A DNA stretch of 64,000 nucleotides from an uncultured Chthonomonadaceae bacterium (lineage in GTDB: Bacteria; Armatimonadota; Chthonomonadetes; Chthonomonadales; Chthonomonadaceae). The stretch lies in NCBI GenBank assembly GCA_963817895.1, contig CAWFQB010000001.1:1634021-1698020 (forward strand), in the 5' to 3' direction. The position numbers and the translations under genes are program-made. Under the pieces are notes generated by a model. It was not told the origin of the DNA. It saw only the letters and a program-made list of their open reading frames with translations, and searched no databases. Position 1 is the stretch's first letter. Every line of letters starts with the position of its first letter. This document shows, piece after piece, positions 58,542-64,000 of the stretch.

Positions 58542-58982
58542 CTATGCGAGCGTTAAGCCCTGCTGAAATCTCTGCAATGCGTTCCGAAGCTGCGGCAGCA
58601 GGCTTTGCTCATCTAAAGGCTTGACGATGTAGCCGCAAACACCGATTTGCCGCGCTTCCTCCAGATAGTCGCCATAAGCGGTCAGCATCACCACGCACGT
58701 TTTATACTCGGTTAAGATACGACGGGCGGCTTCCAGACCGTTGTACGCGCCGGGCATATTGATGTCCATCAGCACCAGATCGGGACGCTCCTGAAGCGCC
58801 AAATCTACGCCGTCCGCGCCGTTGAGAGCCGCGCCAACAACCGTAAACCCGGCGCGTTTGAGGATTTTGCCAAGCTGCATCTGCGTGATGCCCTCATCCT
58901 CTACCACAACAATGCGCTTGCCCGCAAAGGAGATTGAAATATCCATTTTTGGGGAATCGGTTTCTTCCGGTTTCGCGTTCAT
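58542..58982 (-). CDS. Single-domain response regulator (REC)
   Basis: VVVEDE, PDLVLMDINMPG, VMLTAY, YIVKP. Confidence 0.9.
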   Translation of the reverse strand: MNAKPEETDSPKMDISISFAGKRIVVVEDEGITQMQLGKILKRAGFTVVGAALNGADGVDLALQERPDLVLMDINMPGAYNGLEAARRILTEYKTCVVMLTAYGDYLEEARQIGVCGYIVKPLDEQSLLPQLRNALQRFQQGLTLA

Positions 58983-58988
58983 TAAATC

Positions 58989-61850
58989 CTACTGTTCTCC
59001 CGGCGTTTTTACCAGCGACGGGACGGGAAACTCTACAACAACCCGCGCGCCGCCCTGTTCGCGATTCTCATAACGCGCGCTCCCGCGCATATCCATTCGG
59101 GACAGGGAATTGATAAGATCAAGACCCGTATTCGCCGCGCGAGCCGGGTTGAAGTCGGGTGGAAATCCCGGCCCCTCGTCCTCCACTTGCAGACTGGCCG
59201 CGCTGTCGGCCACGCGGAAACGCACATGAATGGTTCCGGCCCCATGCTTCAGCGCGTTGGAAACCATTTCGTTGACAAGCACGGCAAACGTGGTACTCTG
59301 GCGGACCGGCAGGCGTATGTCGTCTACATCAAAGGTAATCTGCCGCCCCGCCACCATTCCCTGCACGGTCGGCATAAGTTTTTCCATCACGTCCTGAACC
59401 GAGATGTCGGACACCTCGGCATCGGTCTGCGCCTGATGCGTGAGCAGGTCGTGAATGGAGGCAAGGGCGCGAATGTGCTGCGTAAGCCGCTGGCAGCGCT
59501 TCAGCCGGAACCTGATCCTCATACTGCATCTGCTGCATGTTTACCAACGCTGTGATGACTTGCAGGTTATTCTTTACCCGATGATGCGTTTCGCGCATAG
59601 ATCGCTGTAAGCGCGCATTGAGGGCTTCGATTTCCGCCTGATGCTGCGCCAGAACATCCTGCGCCCTTTTCCGCGCTGTAATGTCGTTGGCGGTTCCGGT
59701 AACGCCGATGATACTCCCGTTTCCATCCCGCAGGGGCGCAATGCTGATGTCAAAATAAAGCGTCTCCTGTTCGGGCGGCGTGGCGCGAATAGTATGGCGC
59801 TCTTCAACGCCGCTTTGCAGAACGCGCGCCTTGATTTCCATTAAGGGAACCGCATCTTCGGCTGCCATGATTTCGGCATCGGTTTTACCATAAGCCTGGG
59901 CGTCCTCTCGGCTGATCGCGCCGTTGTAAATCCACGTATAGCGGAGGTCTCGATCCTGCGTATAAACGATAATGCTGGAATTGGCGAGGGCGAATCGGAA
60001 CCGCTCCTCGCTGGCAAGCAGGGCGGCCTGTACGCGCCTGCGCTCGGCCAGTTCCTCCTGCGCGGCGCGATACAAACGGGCGTTGTCTATGGCAAGCGCG
60101 GCGCGGGCCGCCAGTCCATGCGCAAGTTCGAGGTCAGCCTCGGTATAGTGATGCCCGGATTCATCGGTGGCGACAAAGGTAATCGCTCCTAAAATGCGTT
60201 CCCGCGCGATAATGGGAACCATCATCAGCGAGTCGAGGCCGAGCTGCCGAATCATTTCCAGATGCTCCGGGTCGCGCGCGCCGGCAACGAGGGCTTCGTC
60301 GGGAATATGGGAGTAAATCTCGGCCTGTCCGGTACGCAGCACGTTGGGCAGGCCACGCGGGGCGTTCGGGTCCGGGGGATAGCGCCGCCGGAGTTCGTGT
60401 CCCCACTTCACCTTTTCCGGGTTGACATGGGCAACGGCAAGCTGGCTGATGGAGCCGTCCGCTTCCAGCATATCTACGCCGCACCAGTCGGCGATATGGG
60501 GTACGGCCAGGTCGGCCACCTGCTGTAGCGTCTTTTCGTAATCAAGCGAAGAGGCCAGTACCGAAGAGGCTTCGGCAAGAAACCGGCGCGCGATTTCTTC
60601 CTGCCTGCGTTCGGTTATGTCTCGAGTGGTGACGACGGTATACATCTCCCCGTTCAGTTCATAACTGGAAACGTAGTTTTCCAGGTCGCGTTCCGCGCCG
60701 TCTTTTTTCAGCCCCCGATACTCATACGCGAAAGGAACATCTTCACCTGCGTTGCGCCGCTGTCCCATCTCCACCAGCCGCGCCCGATCTATGGGGGCTA
60801 CGGTTTCCAATGCCGACAAGCCGATCATCTCTTCAGGAGAGTCGTATCCCAACAAGCGGGCATACGCGGGATTGACGAAGACAATTTTGCCCTTTGTGGC
60901 GATCCCGATAGCTTCCCGCGCATTCTCAAACAGGGAGCGGAATTTGAGTTCGCTGTCTTGAAGCGCCTGTTCCGCCTGCCTGCGCTCGGTCAAATCCACG
61001 CCATGCGCGAAAATGCCGGAAACCGTGCCATTCGCCTCGATCAGGGGCTGGTAAACAAAATCAAGGAAGCGCTCGCGCAGCGGAGCATCCACATTCTGCC
61101 TGAAAAAGAATCCGCATATCTTTGCCGATGAAAGGTTTGCCGCTTCGGTACACCTCATCCAGAAGTTCAAAGATAGCCCTGTCCCTCAATCTCCGGGAAC
61201 GCTTCGCGCACGGTCTTGCCGATCAGATCGCGCTGCCCGACAAGCTGTAGATAGGGCGTATTGACCATTTCAAAAACATGATTCGGGGCCGCGCGTCACG
61301 GCTGATAAAGGCGGGAGCCTGCATAAACAGCGTCTTCAAGCGCGTCCGCTCCACTTCCAGTGTTTTGAGAAGTGCTTCTTTTTCCGCTCTTGTCCTGCTG
61401 TCTGGCGGTAATGTCGCGCGTCGAGCCTGAAACGGCTTCCACCTCGCCATCTTTGCCGAAGACGGGTACGAAGAATGTAGTCATAGTAGCCCATTACGCC
61501 CGCCGCGCCCGTATACTCTGCTTCCGCGCGCAGATGGCTGCCTGGTCGCGACTACCGTTTGTATTTGCGCCTGAATGCGCGTGGCAAGTTCCTGGGGATA
61601 GTCTAATTCTAAAAACGTCTTGCCCATCACCTCCCGAAGTTCCCGCTGCCACAAAGCGAGGCGCGCCCGATTGGCATAGGTAATGCGGCCTTCAACATCG
61701 CAGGATGAACACGTAATCGGCAATGGAGGAGAGCGCGGTATCGAAAAGCCGCAACTGTCGGGCAAGTTCCGCCTCGCGTAGTCGCAGTTCTTCTACGGTT
61801 GCGCCGGGGGATGTGGCCGGCATGGGTTGAATTGGCTCGTGAACAGTCAT
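58989..61850 (-). CDS. Multi-PAS/GAF sensor histidine kinase (HisKA_2 type), split by several indels
   Basis: Fragments 61481..61765, 61296..61484, 61223..61450, 59329..61170 and 58989..59522 are collinear: PAS repeats, GAF (ADWCGVD...ALAIDNARLY), ETHHRVKNNLQ, NEMVSNALKHG, DEGPGFP. Confidence 0.85.
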
Positions 61851-61946
61851 AATAAAAAGTATTGGAACGATCAGGGAAGGTCTGAAGGTTTTTGTAAGAC
61901 GTTTCTCTGTAAAGCGCGTTTGCTCTGCCAGATTTGCGCTGCTTTC

Positions 61947-63222
61947 TCATTTCAGTTTCGGATACCAGTCTTTCACTCTGGCAAGCGCCCATTCCGGCGT
62001 TTTGTCCGCATGGCAGACATTGCAGCTGTTGGGAAGTTTGCCTTCGCTGTTGGGAGCGCTCTTGCCATCTTTATTGTCTTCACTCCTGCTGATGGAGACG
62101 GCAGGCGAGATAAAGTTAAAGGTGTGGTCACGCGCTTCGGCCCCGACAGAGTTTTCTCCGGTCTTTGTCATGTGGCAATTGATGCACTGACTGCCCGTAC
62201 TGGTCGCGGCATGGTGGGTATGTTCCGAAATGCTGGCGTAGTTCGGGCCGATGCTCTTACCCGGCCCATGACACGTCAGGCAGAGCGCGTTGGTTTCCGC
62301 CGATTTGATCGTCATGGATTGATGCCGCGAACCGTGCGCGTCGTGGCAGTTGGAACATTGCAGTCCCTGCGCATGCATGATGCTGTGGCTGAACGTATTG
62401 CCCTGTACGCGGTTTTTATGCGCGGTTCCGTTGCCCCAGAACTCGGCGCTTTGTTTGCCCGGTTCCGGCTCGAAGCCGTGCCAGTAGTCAGCAAGTTTCT
62501 TACCGGGTTGGTAGCCTACCGGCCAGGCGTATTCCGGCACGGTCGGCTTGCCTGCCAGATGACAGGCGAGGCAAACCTCCGTCGCGCGCTCCGTACTCAG
62601 GCGGGCGGGGTTGACGATGTTGGTGATTGCGGGCTTTTCCGCATGGGCCTTCCCCGGCCCATGACAGCTTTCGCAGGTGATGTTCTGTTCCGTCCACTTC
62701 TGCGCGTAGTGGTCAACGCCCGTGCTGTGGCAGCCCGCGCAGAGTTTGAAATTCGAGCGGGTCTTCCAATCCGGGTGCTGCGGATACCACCAATCAGTTT
62801 TGCCCGCGTACGACTGCCATTTCTTATCTTTGATGCTCCACTGCGCCGGAAACACCACTTCCTGCCCGTCCACCACGCCGATAAAGCGCTGCTTCCAGCG
62901 ATGCCCGATCACCCATTTCACGTCCTTGAGTTCAAAGGGGCGGAAGGGGCTGGGCTTGCTGAAATCGGCAAGAATGGTCTTGTTCGGCCCCTCGGCAATG
63001 GCAGGGCGGATCATCTTGTTATGCGCCGAATCTTTCCAGCTGTCGTAATAGGTCTGGTGGCAGTCGGCGCATTTCTGCGAGCCGATATACTGGCTCTGGT
63101 CCAGATGCGGGAACACCGCGTCTTTGGCGGGATTCGCGTGGCTTCTGCCCAGTTAAACGCGGGCTGATAAATGCAGTGACAATCAGGCACAAGGCGCTGA
63201 CTACAAACAGGATGCGTTTCAT
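61947..63222 (-). CDS. Multiheme (8 x CxxCH) cytochrome c; signal peptide separated by an indel near 63125
   Basis: CADCH, CAGCH, CESCH, CLACH, CSNCH, CLTCH, CINCH, CNVCH; MKRILFVVSALCLIVTAF leader at 63222. Confidence 0.88.
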
Positions 63223-63506
63223 GGCACACTCCGGTTAAGCGCCGCTCTTGCATGTGGAACGCCATTTCCCGTTAGTTCCATGCGGATACATCGTATTCCT
63301 TTTGTCGGCGCGTTGTTTCTGCCAAATTAACCTTTTTGTCAGGAGGAACTGCTGATTTCTTTCTGTCTCGGCTCGTCTAACAAAAATACGCTTGGTTTCT
63401 TTTCTGTGTCACAGCGGATAAAGGCAATCCGGTTACTCCGCTGACGAATAATAAGCAATGCTATCGCGAACGCCTTGACAAAAGGCGTAGGAAAGGTCGG
63501 CAGGTT

Positions 63507-64000
63507 ATGATGGCTTCCACAATGTCGTGTCCCGCTTTCGATGCAGAAGCGCTGACGGGCAGGGTGCGCAACGCGCTTGGCCTGCCCCTGTTCCGCATGG
63601 ATGACTGGCGCTGCGCAACGCTGACGGGCCACATCAGCAACCCGGCGACTGGCGGACTGTACCGGGTAGTGGGAAGCGGGCGACAGAATGGGCAACAGGA
63701 CGCGCGGCCTGTGTCCTGGTCGCTCATCCTTAAAATCGCGCATCTGGCGGAAGATACGCCGCAGGGATGGGGAAGCGACCTGCTCCATTTCGGTTACTGG
63801 AAGCGGGAAGCGCTTGCCTACCAATCCGGGATACTGGAGGAGCTTGGCGCGAATATGAGAGCGCCCCACTGCTTTGAGACAGCCGAGCAGCCGGACGGAA
63901 GCGTGTGGCTGTGGCTGGAAGAGATTACCGAAAACGGGCAGGCGATCTGGCCGAGCAAGGGCGCTGGGCGGCGGCGAGCGCGCGCGGCGGCGGCAGGGGA
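63507..64000 (+). CDS. Aminoglycoside/choline phosphotransferase-like kinase, 3'-truncated by the window
   Basis: Manual translation: GGLYRVVG...WSLILK...YWKREALAYQSG...RAPHCF...WLWLEEI; no stop before the window end. Confidence 0.7.
   Translation, partial: MMASTMSCPAFDAEALTGRVRNALGLPLFRMDDWRCATLTGHISNPATGGLYRVVGSGRQNGQQDARPVSWSLILKIAHLAEDTPQGWGSDLLHFGYWKREALAYQSGILEELGANMRAPHCFETAEQPDGSVWLWLEEITENGQAIWPSKGAGRRRARAAAAG

Overview
GC-rich bacterial chromosome segment. PEP-CTERM proteins, an Ig-like/NHL surface protein and overall gene content suggest Armatimonadota (inference only). The assembly has many single-base indels, densest at the two window ends, that split otherwise intact genes, including rimO. 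The backbone (rimO, trpD-trpC...trpF, gltX, xerD, tRNA-Leu/tRNA-Gly, RRM protein, MacAB-like exporter) is interspersed with small accessory cassettes: toxin-antitoxin-like pairs, one IS5-family element, a Tlde1/DUF2778 + DUF1963 pair, and an AT-richer island bounded by a duplicated piece of an ABC permease gene. The main finding is at 39543-43275: an ECF sigma factor translationally coupled to a ~1050-aa single-chain, heavily minimised RNA polymerase beta-beta' fusion. It keeps both catalytic barrels, the DFDGD aspartates, the bridge helix and the sigma-binding clamp helices, but lacks the flap, trigger loop and most lobes. Second is a zinc-finger anti-sigma-like / TPR-CHAT (caspase-like) / subtilase / secreted-protein cluster (51552-58430) with a shared TGTAT-N17/18-CCTCT upstream motif and a candidate partner ECF sigma at 21030. 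Third is a family of stop-codon-anchored hairpins built from different 7-8-mer tandem repeats. No CRISPR array or rRNA was seen.
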